A program made the position numbers and the translations under genes. A stretch of DNA of 64,000 bases from Pseudomonadales bacterium (GTDB lineage Bacteria > Patescibacteriota > Microgenomatia > UBA1400 > PJMF01), in the NCBI GenBank assembly GCA_020632235.1, contig JACKFY010000002.1, forward strand, positions 96,894 through 160,893, in the 5' to 3' direction. Shown here piece after piece: positions 54,250 through 63,713 of this stretch. The stretch's first letter is position 1. Every line of letters begins with the position of its first letter. Under the pieces are notes generated by a model that saw only the letters and a list, made by a program, of their open reading frames with translations, was not told the DNA's origin and did not search any database.

Positions 54250-55335
54250 TTAGATTGAGTTATCGCTCCATCGCTTTATCATCTTTTTTACATCAATGGC
54301 ATGCAAAAGTAGCCCCGCAGACCAAAACATCTCTGACATCTCTTCCCAGTGTCCCCAGACAGCATAGCTTTCAGTTTCTCTGAGTGGTACGTACAAAAGC
54401 ATAGGCACAAACCAGCCAAAGAGTTTGGGTGATGGGCAAAATACATCAAGTGCGTTGGCAACTGATTGACGGCCCATTTTCTTTAGTACAAACGGAATGA
54501 TCCAGGCGGTTGCGCAGTACACAGAGATGATCCAGTAGGCATAGTATACGTACTCAATAATGCCATCCAGATTATGAATGGTAATTTCTTGCTGAGAGTT
54601 TACTTTTGCTATTTCTTCGGGTGTTTCGATTCCTAGCAACCGCTGTCCCCAGCTGATTTCCTCCCCTCCAGCTACAAAGAAGACCAACCCACCAGTACAC
54701 AGCACGACGGCCAGTAGTTTAAGAAGCGCTGTTTTCGAGTGACGAAGACTCCAGCCGGCAACGCTCAGTGTTGCGGCTGCTCCAAAAAAGAAAAAGCACG
54801 TAAGGTACTCAAAGACACTATCCTCACCTTTCAAGAAGTAAAACACGGTGTGAAAATAATGCTGCTCGACAACAAATAGTAGCGAGAGTAAGAGAAACGG
54901 CAGGGAAAACTGACTGTATGGCTGCAGTTGTCTGTAGCGCTGTTTTGAACCAAACAACAAGAGAAAACTGCTGAGTAGGGCAGTGATAAGGACTAACGCG
55001 CTGGGGTGGATGTGGAACATACCAAAGGTGTAGTTTTCAAAAGTAAAAAAGTTGATCACAAGCAACAATGCGGTTAGTGGTAAAAGAAACCATTGGGCTT
55101 TGCATACTTGTGTGTGCCAGTTGTTGGAGACGCGAGCAGAGAAGAAAACCCTACTCATGATCTGTAAGCCTAGTCCTCCATAAAACACCTCCAGTAGAGT
55201 AAGAGAGAGCTTGGTTTCAATAAAGCCAGGATAGATAATAGCGTCAGCTAGCAAGAGGGCGGTAGGAGTGAGCCACGCCCACGCTAGCACACTACGCACT
55301 ATAGTGCTCCAAGATTGCTTTGTTTGCGTGCTCAT
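54250..55335 (-). CDS. hypothetical polytopic membrane protein (~10 TM helices)
   Basis: hydrophobic segments throughout, no catalytic motif recognised. Confidence 0.45.
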   Translation of the reverse strand: MSTQTKQSWSTIVRSVLAWAWLTPTALLLADAIIYPGFIETKLSLTLLEVFYGGLGLQIMSRVFFSARVSNNWHTQVCKAQWFLLPLTALLLVINFFTFENYTFGMFHIHPSALVLITALLSSFLLLFGSKQRYRQLQPYSQFSLPFLLLSLLFVVEQHYFHTVFYFLKGEDSVFEYLTCFFFFGAAATLSVAGWSLRHSKTALLKLLAVVLCTGGLVFFVAGGEEISWGQRLLGIETPEEIAKVNSQQEITIHNLDGIIEYVYYAYWIISVYCATAWIIPFVLKKMGRQSVANALDVFCPSPKLFGWFVPMLLYVPLRETESYAVWGHWEEMSEMFWSAGLLLHAIDVKKMIKRWSDNSI

Positions 55336-55392
55336 ACCATCAGGTTATACCCACTTCGCTTTTTACTTGCAAACTCATTGTGCCAAATCTTT

Positions 55393-57189
55393 TTACTCGT
55401 CCAAAAACCCGCCACTTTGATGACTCCACAGCGAAGCGTAGATGCCGTTTTTTTTAAGTAGCTTTGAGTGTGAGCCAGACTCAACAATTTTCCCCTCATC
55501 CAGCACAACGATGGCATCGAGCTTAGCAATGGTGCTTAATCTATGGGCAATCACGATGCTGGTGCGATTTTGAAATAGTTCATCAAGCGACTCTTGGATG
55601 CGCGCCTCGCTCTCGCTATCAAGCGACGAGGTGGCCTCATCGAGTACCAATATTGGCGTGTCACGTAGCATTGCGCGAGCAATAGCGATGCGCTGGCGTT
55701 GACCACCACTTAGTTTGACTCCTCGCTCGCCCACCAGTGTGTCATAGCCATCTGGCAGCGTCTCGATGAACGAGTGGGCATGTGCTTTTCTGGCAGCAGC
55801 TATGACCTGTTCTCGACTTACCTGTTGTGATCCATATCCAATGTTTTCTAGCACTGAGCGATGAAAGAGCGTGGTGTCTTGGGGTACGTATGAGATAAGC
55901 TGAGTGGCGATGTCTCGGGTTAGCTCTTTCCCATCAACCGTGATGCTTCCTTTTGGAGTGTCATATAGGCACAAAAGTAGCTTGGTCAGCGTGCTTTTTC
56001 CTCCACCACTTTTGCCTACTACACCCACTTTTTTTCCTTTTTTGATACGCAAAGAGATGCCATCAATGGCTACTTCGTTCGGGCTTTCTGGATAAGAAAA
56101 CGAGAGGTTGGTGAGTTGCAGTTCTTTGTTAAACGTGTGTTTGTGTTTCTTTTTTTCTTTTGTTGTTTCGATCTGCCGGTTGGCGGAGAGAAATCTCACA
56201 GAATCATGCCCACTTTCTACCTCTTCCAAGTTTGCAAAGAGGTAGCTATGGGCTTCTTCCCCGCGGGCTAGTTTTCTCCCAAATTCAGACAAATACCACA
56301 CAGCATCCCAAATAGTAGCGGTGAAGAGGAGTACTGTTGCCAGCAGAGTAGAGAGCTGCCCGAGCGTAATACCACCCTGGAAGTAGAGCCAAACATTCAA
56401 GACAATACTGGCAGGCCAGATGAAGTCGCGTACAAAAAAACTCATACTTCCCCAAAAAATCATGCCGTAGAGAAATGATTTTTGGGCAGCATCAAGCGCG
56501 ATGTTTTGTTTTTTTGCAACGGCTTGTACTTCCTGCTCTCTGCTGTTGTAGGCAAAAATAGCCTGGAAGTTGGCAATAGCGTCAAAGATAATGGCGTTTT
56601 TGTCTGCACCTTTGTCGGTCTCGATAGCGTTATAGTGCATGTCTCTCTCCAGCGTATACCTACCCACCAGCAGCATGCCGATAACCCCAGCCAAAAATAC
56701 AGCTCCTGTTTGCCAGTTAAGAGAACTCAAGATCAAGAATATGCCGATGATGTCCACGAGTCTGGTGATGTACTCAAAGCAAAAACTGGTCAGCACCTCT
56801 TTTGTTTCGTTCGTCAGTGTGTTGATGTGTGAGGCAATTTTTCCTGTAAATGAGTTGATGAAGTAACTATACTTTCGCTCTAGAACTCTAGAAAAAAGCC
56901 AGTTTTCATAGTGGTAGGTGATGGGCTGGATGTACTTTCGAAATAGATACTCTGAAAAGCGCCAGCTGGCGTTGTGCAGAGAGCTGGCTGTGATTAAGGC
57001 GACAACAGGCACCCAGACATCGCCGACTCCAGACGCGGTAGGCAGTGCGTCTACCAGCTGACCGATAAAGACGGGAATAGTAGCAAGGAATGCACTAGAA
57101 GCTGCAAAAGAGATTGCCACACCAGCTACCACCGTGCGGTAGGGACGCAGGTACTGCCAGAATGTTGTGAGCGACTGGTAGCGTTTCAT
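55393..57189 (-). CDS. ABC transporter fused permease/ATPase (MsbA-type exporter)
   Basis: six-helix TMD then Walker A GKSGGGKSTLTKLL, signature LSGGQRQRIAIARA, Walker B ILVLDEATSSLD. Confidence 0.85.
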   Translation of the reverse strand: MKRYQSLTTFWQYLRPYRTVVAGVAISFAASSAFLATIPVFIGQLVDALPTASGVGDVWVPVVALITASSLHNASWRFSEYLFRKYIQPITYHYENWLFSRVLERKYSYFINSFTGKIASHINTLTNETKEVLTSFCFEYITRLVDIIGIFLILSSLNWQTGAVFLAGVIGMLLVGRYTLERDMHYNAIETDKGADKNAIIFDAIANFQAIFAYNSREQEVQAVAKKQNIALDAAQKSFLYGMIFWGSMSFFVRDFIWPASIVLNVWLYFQGGITLGQLSTLLATVLLFTATIWDAVWYLSEFGRKLARGEEAHSYLFANLEEVESGHDSVRFLSANRQIETTKEKKKHKHTFNKELQLTNLSFSYPESPNEVAIDGISLRIKKGKKVGVVGKSGGGKSTLTKLLLCLYDTPKGSITVDGKELTRDIATQLISYVPQDTTLFHRSVLENIGYGSQQVSREQVIAAARKAHAHSFIETLPDGYDTLVGERGVKLSGGQRQRIAIARAMLRDTPILVLDEATSSLDSESEARIQESLDELFQNRTSIVIAHRLSTIAKLDAIVVLDEGKIVESGSHSKLLKKNGIYASLWSHQSGGFLDE

Positions 57190-57203
57190 AGGTGCGTGCC
57201 ATG

Positions 57204-57938
57204 TTATTTTGCAAGTTCTACTTTTATGCCGGGACTCATGGTGGCAGCAATAGAGAGCTTTCTTGTTTTTGTCTTGGTTGCCGTGAGGAGTGCGGTGAGG
57301 TTTTCAACAAGGTCCTTTGTCTCCATATCAGTTTTGCCGATCACCACGTGGTAGAGTGGTGCTTTTTTTTCTGTTTTGATGGTGACTGTTCCAGAGGAAA
57401 GTTGTTTCTTCTTACCTTCGATGTCTTGGGTGAGCGTGCCATTTTTGGGGTTTGGCATCAGGCCTTTGGGGCCAAGGCTGCGGGCAAACTTGGTGAGTTT
57501 TGGCATGTCAGCTGGGGTGGCTAGCAACACATCAAAATCTATGTTTCCGTCTTCAATCTGCTTGGCCACTTCTTCTGAAAATACCGCTACAGTGTATGTT
57601 TTACCTGTGTTATGTGGTAGCGCTACGCTGCCTACCTCACCCGCACTCTCCACCACCCCATGAGCGGTAATAGTGCCAGGAAATGACGAGTATGACAGCT
57701 TTTTTATCATCTCGATGGCAGAGAAGGGGTCGTACTTTCTGGTTTTGTCTACATGAGCGCGAACAGCGCTGTACTTAGCACTACGATTTTTTCTTGGTTT
57801 CTTGGCGGCCTTGATTGCTGTTGGCTTTGCTTCGCCCTCGCTTGCTGGCTCTGCAGACTGTTCTACAACATCTGCCTTGACTACCTTTGGCAAGTCTTTT
57901 GGGTCGATAGACATATCGACGTTTTTGGTGCTACCCAT
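57204..57938 (-). CDS. rplA: 50S ribosomal protein L1 (with N-terminal Lys/Ala-rich extension)
   Basis: GPKGLMPNPKNGT and core L1 blocks. Confidence 0.9.
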   Translation of the reverse strand: MGSTKNVDMSIDPKDLPKVVKADVVEQSAEPASEGEAKPTAIKAAKKPRKNRSAKYSAVRAHVDKTRKYDPFSAIEMIKKLSYSSFPGTITAHGVVESAGEVGSVALPHNTGKTYTVAVFSEEVAKQIEDGNIDFDVLLATPADMPKLTKFARSLGPKGLMPNPKNGTLTQDIEGKKKQLSSGTVTIKTEKKAPLYHVVIGKTDMETKDLVENLTALLTATKTKTRKLSIAATMSPGIKVELAK

Positions 57939-58020
57939 ATTTTCCTATTCTCCCACGTCCCCAATAGTTATCGGGATGAGTGGTGCTATTGAATACTTTT
58001 TTGTTGTGTTTGATTGGCTT

Positions 58021-58443
58021 TTACTTGACTGTTAGCCCCATGCTGCGGGCCGAGCCCATGACGATCTTCATGGCACTCTCCACACTAGTAGTGTTGAGGT
58101 CTGGTAGTTTTTCCTCTGCTATGGCTTTAATTTGGTCCATGGTGACAGTACCGGCCGACTCTCTCCCTGGTTTTTGACTGCCAGATTTTAGTTTGACCGC
58201 GCGTTTTAAGAGGTCGGTGACAGGCGGTAGCTTGAGCTCAAAGGTAAACGATTTGTCTTTATAGACTGTGATAAGGGCAGGAATGACCTGACCCCGCTTG
58301 TCTGCGGTGGCATCATTGTACTGTTTTATGAAGTCCATCATGTTGATGCCTGCCTGCCCCAAGATAGGTCCTACCGGTGGTGCGGGGGTGGCTGCGCCAG
58401 CAGGAAGGTTTAGCTTGAGTGTTGTGTCTATTTTTTTTGCCAT
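58021..58443 (-). CDS. rplK: 50S ribosomal protein L11
   Basis: PAGAATPAPPVGPILGQAGINMMDFIKQYN. Confidence 0.9.
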   Translation of the reverse strand: MAKKIDTTLKLNLPAGAATPAPPVGPILGQAGINMMDFIKQYNDATADKRGQVIPALITVYKDKSFTFELKLPPVTDLLKRAVKLKSGSQKPGRESAGTVTMDQIKAIAEEKLPDLNTTSVESAMKIVMGSARSMGLTVK

Positions 58444-58537
58444 AGATTGGGTTGCTTTTTGCTTATTACGTGCTTGGTTCTCTTGCTAAAAACAAGACGC
58501 ATGTTTTAGCGCGAGGGAGTAGTGATTGTATCACAGC

Positions 58538-59167
58538 CTACACCTTCTGCACCTGCAAGAAGTCAAGCTCAACAGGTGTTTCACGACCAAAGATATTGAC
58601 CAAGACCTCTACCTGACCTTTTTCTTCGTTAATGGTGCGTACGGTAGCTAGGAAGTCATTAAATGGACCTTCGACAATCTTGACCGCCTCGCCCTCGACA
58701 AACTCTGCCTTGAATTGTGGGGCTGCTTGGCTCATGTATTTTTGAATAGCCTCGACCTCGTGTTTGGGCAGGGCAGAGGGCTTGTTGCCAATGCCCACAA
58801 AGCCAGTTACGCCTTGAGTCGTGCGGACCGCAAGCCAAGAGTCATCAGTTAGCTCCATGTGTACTAACATATAACCAGGAAAGATTTTTTCATTGACTGT
58901 TTTTCGTTGCCCGCGCTTGATCTGGATTTTTTCCTGGGTAGGGATCAACACCTCGAGGACCTTATCGGTAAGATTGAGTGTCTCGGCACGCTGCTTGAGT
59001 GTCTCGGCTACTTTGTTTTCGTGTCCCGAGTAGGTGTGCACCACGTACCAGCGAGCTTTTTTGTTGGTTACGTCAGAAATAACCACTAGATTGGGTGAAG
59101 AAACTGTCGCTTCTTGTACCTCTGGTACCTCGGGAATATCAGTTTGGGGAGTGTCGTTGGTGTTCAT
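58538..59167 (-). CDS. nusG: transcription antiterminator NusG (with N-terminal extension)
   Basis: NGN domain KARWYVVHTYSGHENKV, KOW motif GEAVKIVEGPFNDFLATV. Confidence 0.9.
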   Translation of the reverse strand: MNTNDTPQTDIPEVPEVQEATVSSPNLVVISDVTNKKARWYVVHTYSGHENKVAETLKQRAETLNLTDKVLEVLIPTQEKIQIKRGQRKTVNEKIFPGYMLVHMELTDDSWLAVRTTQGVTGFVGIGNKPSALPKHEVEAIQKYMSQAAPQFKAEFVEGEAVKIVEGPFNDFLATVRTINEEKGQVEVLVNIFGRETPVELDFLQVQKV

Positions 59168-59201
59168 AATGCTTGGTTATTTGTACTATACTACCTGCTT
59201 T

Positions 59202-59381
59202 TTAAAAAAATAAGCTGAGTATTCTTTGGAATACATAGTCAATTACCCCGATGTAGAGGGCGATACCGCCACACACAACAACAACTAAAAGGGTGAGTTG
59301 CTGTGTCTCACTTCGAGTAGGCCAGGTGACTCGCTTTACTTCTTCAGCTACTTGACGCAGGTACTCGGCAGGGTTCAACAT
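59202..59381 (-). CDS. secE: preprotein translocase subunit SecE (59 aa; below ORF-track size cutoff)
   Basis: manual translation MLNPAEYLRQVAEEVKRVTWPTRSETQQLTLLVVVVCGGIALYIGVIDYVFQRILSLFF; position directly upstream of nusG. Confidence 0.7.
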   Translation of the reverse strand: MLNPAEYLRQVAEEVKRVTWPTRSETQQLTLLVVVVCGGIALYIGVIDYVFQRILSLFF

Positions 59382-59456
59382 AGGTATTCTTTTTACTGGA
59401 CAGCCGATTGTATCAAAGAGGGTGCAGGAAAGAAAGTGGTATCACAGGTTTTGTGA

Positions 59457-59942
59457 TTACTTTGCACCTGAAAATACATGTATTATTTTTTGTTGGTTGA
59501 GGTGATCTTCTCTGTTTGTGCCTCTATCGTCAATGGTGTTTACTACGAGATGGCGTGTTCTAATGGTTTGTCGCAGACGTAGGCGACGCAGGTACTTTGA
59601 CAGTAAAATGAGCATGCTAACGCCAATGCCAAACCCAAGTACTATTGGTGCTGGGGAGGGGTCGGCGGGGTAGGCTTGGGTGGTGGCCAGTAATCCAGCC
59701 GAGGGAGTGGCAGTGCCACTAGCGGTGCTCTCAACTGCAGCTGCGACTACTCCTTCCTCTTTTTTACTACTGCAGGAAGTGCTGCTTGGGTTGCTTGGCA
59801 GTCGGCAGCTACCAGATACGCAAGTCAGACCTCGTGCGCACTCAAGACTACTGCCGCAACTGGTGTTACAGCTGGCACGCACTTGGGCTTGTTCTGTTGT
59901 GCTTAGGGGGGTACAAGCTACGCTTTGTGTATTTTCGGGCAA
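59457..59942 (-). CDS. hypothetical Cys-rich protein with C-terminal TM helix
   Basis: CNTSCGSSLECARGLTCVSGSCRLPSNPSSTSCSS then PIVLGFGIGVSMLILL. Confidence 0.35.
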   Translation of the reverse strand: MPENTQSVACTPLSTTEQAQVRASCNTSCGSSLECARGLTCVSGSCRLPSNPSSTSCSSKKEEGVVAAAVESTASGTATPSAGLLATTQAYPADPSPAPIVLGFGIGVSMLILLSKYLRRLRLRQTIRTRHLVVNTIDDRGTNREDHLNQQKIIHVFSGAK

Positions 59943-60787
59943 GCGACAACGATTGCTCCAACAGGTGAGTGTGCCTGCACAGTCGCTATCACTGCTGCAT
60001 ACTTGGTTGCACTGCAGAGAGCCGGCGGTGGCAGCTTGGGTGTTTTCTGATTGTTCAGTACTAGAGCTTTGGTTGGTCTGTTCATCGTCTGATTCTTGAG
60101 GAGGCGGCGTGCTGGTTGGGTTGGTGTTGGGTGGTAGGGGTGGGTGGTGGGCGCTGGACTCTGGCTGGCGGGGGTAGGTGAGGGGGAGGCTGGTTGTACT
60201 TCTTTGATGGGGAAGGTGTGCGAGTAGGGGTTGTAGGCATACTTTGTTGTATCTGTGAGCAGGAAGGAACTTCCTGTTTCAATCGATACAGTGATACTTT
60301 CCGGCTGGGTTGTATGAAACGAGAGAGTAAGTGATTGGTTGCTATCAGCATACGCCTCGTCTTGGTTTAGGCCAGTAAACTCGGTAAAAACACGATACCC
60401 ACCGTCTGTTTGCTCTACCTCACTTTTTATCAATGAGAGTGGGCCACTGCCCGCAGATACTTGGAGGTCGGCGATGGCGTCACTTTGAATGAAGAGTACC
60501 AGACGTGCTGTCTGTGTGTGTTCGGGTGGGAGGGTGGTAGTAGTTCTGATTTCTTGCGCTGATGTATTCGGGTGGGTGAGAGGGAGGGGGGCGGAGGCAG
60601 TGAGTTTTGGCTGAAATACTTCATCAGTAGCCTCTTGAGCAGCTGGCTGGAGGCGACTATTGTGATCTATCAAAACACCCATTACACCAGAGACAATACA
60701 GAGGGCAGCAACGCCTGTCCAAAAAAACCGCGCGGCCTTCATGATGCGTTTTTTTCCTGTTTTGAGTGCTCTTTGCCACGGTTTCAT
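59918..60787 (-). CDS. hypothetical secreted protein with Pro/Thr-rich segment
   Basis: signal-anchor FFWTGVAALCIVSGVMGVLI; PASPSPTPASQSPAPTTHPYHPTPTQP; 25-nt overlap with downstream ORF. Confidence 0.4.
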   Translation of the reverse strand: MKPWQRALKTGKKRIMKAARFFWTGVAALCIVSGVMGVLIDHNSRLQPAAQEATDEVFQPKLTASAPLPLTHPNTSAQEIRTTTTLPPEHTQTARLVLFIQSDAIADLQVSAGSGPLSLIKSEVEQTDGGYRVFTEFTGLNQDEAYADSNQSLTLSFHTTQPESITVSIETGSSFLLTDTTKYAYNPYSHTFPIKEVQPASPSPTPASQSPAPTTHPYHPTPTQPARRLLKNQTMNRPTKALVLNNQKTPKLPPPALCSATKYAAVIATVQAHSPVGAIVVACPKIHKA

Positions 60788-60896
60788 ACGTACTACTATA
60801 ACAGGTTCGTCTAGGTAGTGTAGAATGGTTGCGCGCGTACTACGCTATAGTGTACAACGTGGCTATAAGTACTGTGTATTTTGAAGAAAGGAATGT

Positions 60897-61769
60897 ATGT
60901 CCCAGACAGCTGTTCAAAAGGCCATTATCACCGATGCAGGCTTTGCCAGTAGGTACCTTCCTATTACCAAAACAATACCCAAAGCTATGTTGCCACTGGG
61001 CAATAGACCTATTATGCAGTTTATGGTGGAGGAGTGTGCCCAGGCAGGCATTAAAGAAATTATCATTGTTGCTACACCCGAAGGAAAACCAATCTATGAA
61101 GACTACTTTAATAACAGCGTGAATCGCATTAGAAAACAACTAGCCTCGCAGGGTAAAGAAGATAGATACGAGCCTGTCCAGCAGGTGCTTGATTTCCCCA
61201 AGATTGTGGTGATTACCCAAGACCCTAGTTTGCCGTATGGCAATGGCTCGCCGGTAGCATCAGCCAAAAAATTTGTGGAAGGAGAACAGGCTTTTCTTGT
61301 GATGTACAGCGATGATGTGGTGTATGGAGCTGTAGGAGATGCCCAGACTATGGTGAGTGCGTACGCACAGAATCCAGGTGTATCTGGTGTGATCATGGCG
61401 CAGGAAGTTGATGCGAGTGTTGTCGATAAGTACGGCATTATCTCTTTGAAAGAAGATGGAGTGTCACTTGATACCATCATCGAAAAGCCAGATAAAGGCA
61501 GTGAGCCGTCCCGACTGGCGTCGTACGGGCGATATCTGCTTACGCCTGCTATTTTTGAGCACTTGGCGCCTCAAAACACAGGTAAAGATGCAGAGCTGTG
61601 GACGGTGGATGCTATCACCAAAGTTGCCCAAGATGCCCCGGTGCTTGTTGAACACACCAAGGGCGAGTGGATGACCACAGGTGACCCGGAAAACTACTTT
61701 CATGCTCATTTAGAGTACGTGCGAAAGTACGAGTCGTATGGGAGTAAAGTGGAAGAGTGGCTGGACTAG
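60897..61769 (+). CDS. galU: UTP--glucose-1-phosphate uridylyltransferase
   Basis: KAIITDAGFASRYLPITKTIPKAMLPLGNRPIMQFMVEE nucleotidyltransferase signature. Confidence 0.8.
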   Translation: MSQTAVQKAIITDAGFASRYLPITKTIPKAMLPLGNRPIMQFMVEECAQAGIKEIIIVATPEGKPIYEDYFNNSVNRIRKQLASQGKEDRYEPVQQVLDFPKIVVITQDPSLPYGNGSPVASAKKFVEGEQAFLVMYSDDVVYGAVGDAQTMVSAYAQNPGVSGVIMAQEVDASVVDKYGIISLKEDGVSLDTIIEKPDKGSEPSRLASYGRYLLTPAIFEHLAPQNTGKDAELWTVDAITKVAQDAPVLVEHTKGEWMTTGDPENYFHAHLEYVRKYESYGSKVEEWLD

Positions 61770-61773
61770 CTAG

Positions 61774-62269
61774 CTACGACCTTTCTTTACCAGCGGATCT
61801 TTCTTCTTCAAGCCAAAATCTAAAAGACTTTGATTGTAAAGAGTGGGGAACAATCATCATAAGCAAGTGCATTTCTTTCTTAATTACTTTGATAGGGTAG
61901 TCAAGAAATGATCGCCAAGCACCATCGCGCATCATGCTGAGTACTGCGGCAACCAAAGTTGGTCCATTCATACTTAATTTTGTGCACCCGTGTTGATTAT
62001 TTTTTGATGCAAGAATTTGGATCGGTAATTGCTACTTTTGGATCATGGTGGGTAGAAGAAAATTGTTTTTTCACGAGTTTTGTAGGGTCATCAGTTACAC
62101 CTAGTAGGTCTAAAAGAGGCTTGAGTCTTTCACCAGTCATAGAAGCTGTTTTAGTACCACTTCCTTGCATAACTCTTCGCACTAAGACCAAAGCCTGGGG
62201 GGGGAGATTCTCCAGTATCAGGGTTTCTCCATCTGGGTTCTGAAGCCCAAGCAAAACTAATAATCTCAT
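61774..62269 (-). pseudogene. possible frameshift-disrupted flavodoxin-like (NAD(P)H-dependent FMN reductase-like) gene split into two ORFs
   Basis: ORF 61997..62269 begins MRLLVLLGLQNPDGETL (flavodoxin-fold-like start), ends at TAA, and ORF 61774..61971 continues in the +1 frame a few nt later. Confidence 0.3.
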
Positions 62270-62640
62270 GCTGGTGTTCTCTACTTTTTGGCATTATTCC
62301 TTTTGTCTGGCAAAAAATGCATTATATCACCTATCTGGCAGAGCGCCAGATTTGAAAACATTTTTTATTTGCTATAGTCTTATCTAGTCGTAGTAGGTTG
62401 GCACTTTAATATCTTGTAGGTTGCTAGAGCGTGGGGGAACACAGCAATTTTCCTCAACAGTTCTTTGTACGGGCCTATGGGTTGTTCTCTCATCATGCGT
62501 GGTGCGGGACGCCCTGCCCACTTATTTCTTTCGGGGAATAAGGTGTTCCCTCGCGTTGTGGTGGCCTCTGTGATGTGTATTTTTGAAAAAAGTGTTTTCG
62601 CTCTGCAGTGAATGGGGTACAATTGGGCTACCTACGAAAT

Positions 62641-62712
62641 GCCGAAGTGGCTCAGTGGCAGAGCACCATCTTGGTAAGATGGGGGTCACGGGTTCGATTC
62701 CCGTCTTCGGCT
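62641..62712 (+). tRNA. tRNA-Thr (anticodon GGT)
   Basis: acceptor GCCGAAG/CTTCGGC, D-arm GCTC-AGTGGCA-GAGC, anticodon stem CCATC/GATGG loop TTGGTAA, T-arm ACGGG-TTCGATT-CCCGT. Confidence 0.9.
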
Positions 62713-62756
62713 CATGTTTTTGCTCGGGCATCTGTAAGTGTGATAACATACCCAGT

Positions 62757-63338
62757 ATGGCAGTACGAAGAACCGCACAGGTAGGACATCCAGCACTTCA
62801 GAGCGCGAATGAAATAATTTCAAATTTTTCTGATACAAAACTTCTTTCTTTGATTCAAGACCTAGAAGACACCATGCTAGCAGCAGACCTGATAGGTTTG
62901 GCAGCCCCACAGATAGGGGAGAACCATCAGGTGTTCATTACCCAACCCAGAAAAACAAAGTCTCGACCAGAGATTGCCGATGAGCTGCGGGTGTACATCA
63001 ACCCCACCATCACCCAGTTTTCAGATGAGACAGTTACTATTTTTGAAGGGTGTGGCAGCGTGGTGCATGGTCAGCTCTTTGGCCCGGTTTCTCGTCCTAA
63101 AACGATCACGATCGAGGCATTTGATAGGGTAGGGAAGAAGTTTTCTTTGACGTGCGATGGTATTTTGGCTAGGGTTATCCAGCACGAATACGACCACCTG
63201 CAGGGCGTGGAGTTTCTTGAAAAAGTCTCCGATTACAGAGAAATGATGGCGCTAGAGCACTACAAAGAAAATGTGGCTACTTCGCAACCTCATATTGATG
63301 CTTCGCAGATTTCTGCACTTGAATTCAAGTATCTCTAG
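62757..63338 (+). CDS. def: peptide deformylase
   Basis: GLAAPQIG, EGCGSV, QHEYDHLQG (HExxH) motifs; start at MAVRRTAQ after the tRNA (track ORF 62583 reads through the tRNA). Confidence 0.85.
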   Translation: MAVRRTAQVGHPALQSANEIISNFSDTKLLSLIQDLEDTMLAADLIGLAAPQIGENHQVFITQPRKTKSRPEIADELRVYINPTITQFSDETVTIFEGCGSVVHGQLFGPVSRPKTITIEAFDRVGKKFSLTCDGILARVIQHEYDHLQGVEFLEKVSDYREMMALEHYKENVATSQPHIDASQISALEFKYL

Positions 63339-63414
63339 GTTGTTTTGATCGCGCTGCTATATCTTGTTTTTGCCCAAAGGCCTCCCTCATGATAAAATTC
63401 GGTAGCAAAAATAC

Positions 63415-63497
63415 GCTAGGTTACCCAAGTGGCCAACGGGGGCAGACTGTAAATCTGCTGGCACACGCCTACATAGGTTCGAATCCTATACCTAGCA
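63415..63497 (+). tRNA. tRNA-Tyr (anticodon GTA), long variable arm
   Basis: acceptor GCTAGGT/ACCTAGC, anticodon stem GCAGA/TCTGC loop CTGTAAA, T-arm ATAGG-TTCGAAT-CCTAT. Confidence 0.85.
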
Positions 63498-63592
63498 CTT
63501 GTGCTATCTTAGCTCAGTTCCCCGACGCACAGTCGGGAGAGCCAAGAGTGTTGATAGTAAGGTGAGAGAACGGCAAACATTGGAAATATAGC

Positions 63593-63666
63593 GCCATCTT
63601 AGCTCAGTTGGTTAGAGCGGCTGTTTTGTAAACAGTAGGTCCGGGGTTCGAATCCCCGAGATGGCT
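63593..63666 (+). tRNA. tRNA-Thr (anticodon TGT)
   Basis: acceptor GCCATCT/AGATGGC, D-arm TAGCTCAGTTGGTTAGAGC, anticodon loop TTTGTAA, T-arm CGGGG-TTCGAAT-CCCCG. Confidence 0.85.
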
Positions 63667-63713
63667 CAAAATGGCCTCTCCCAAAACCCATTTTTGTGTG
63701 TATAATCGTGTGT

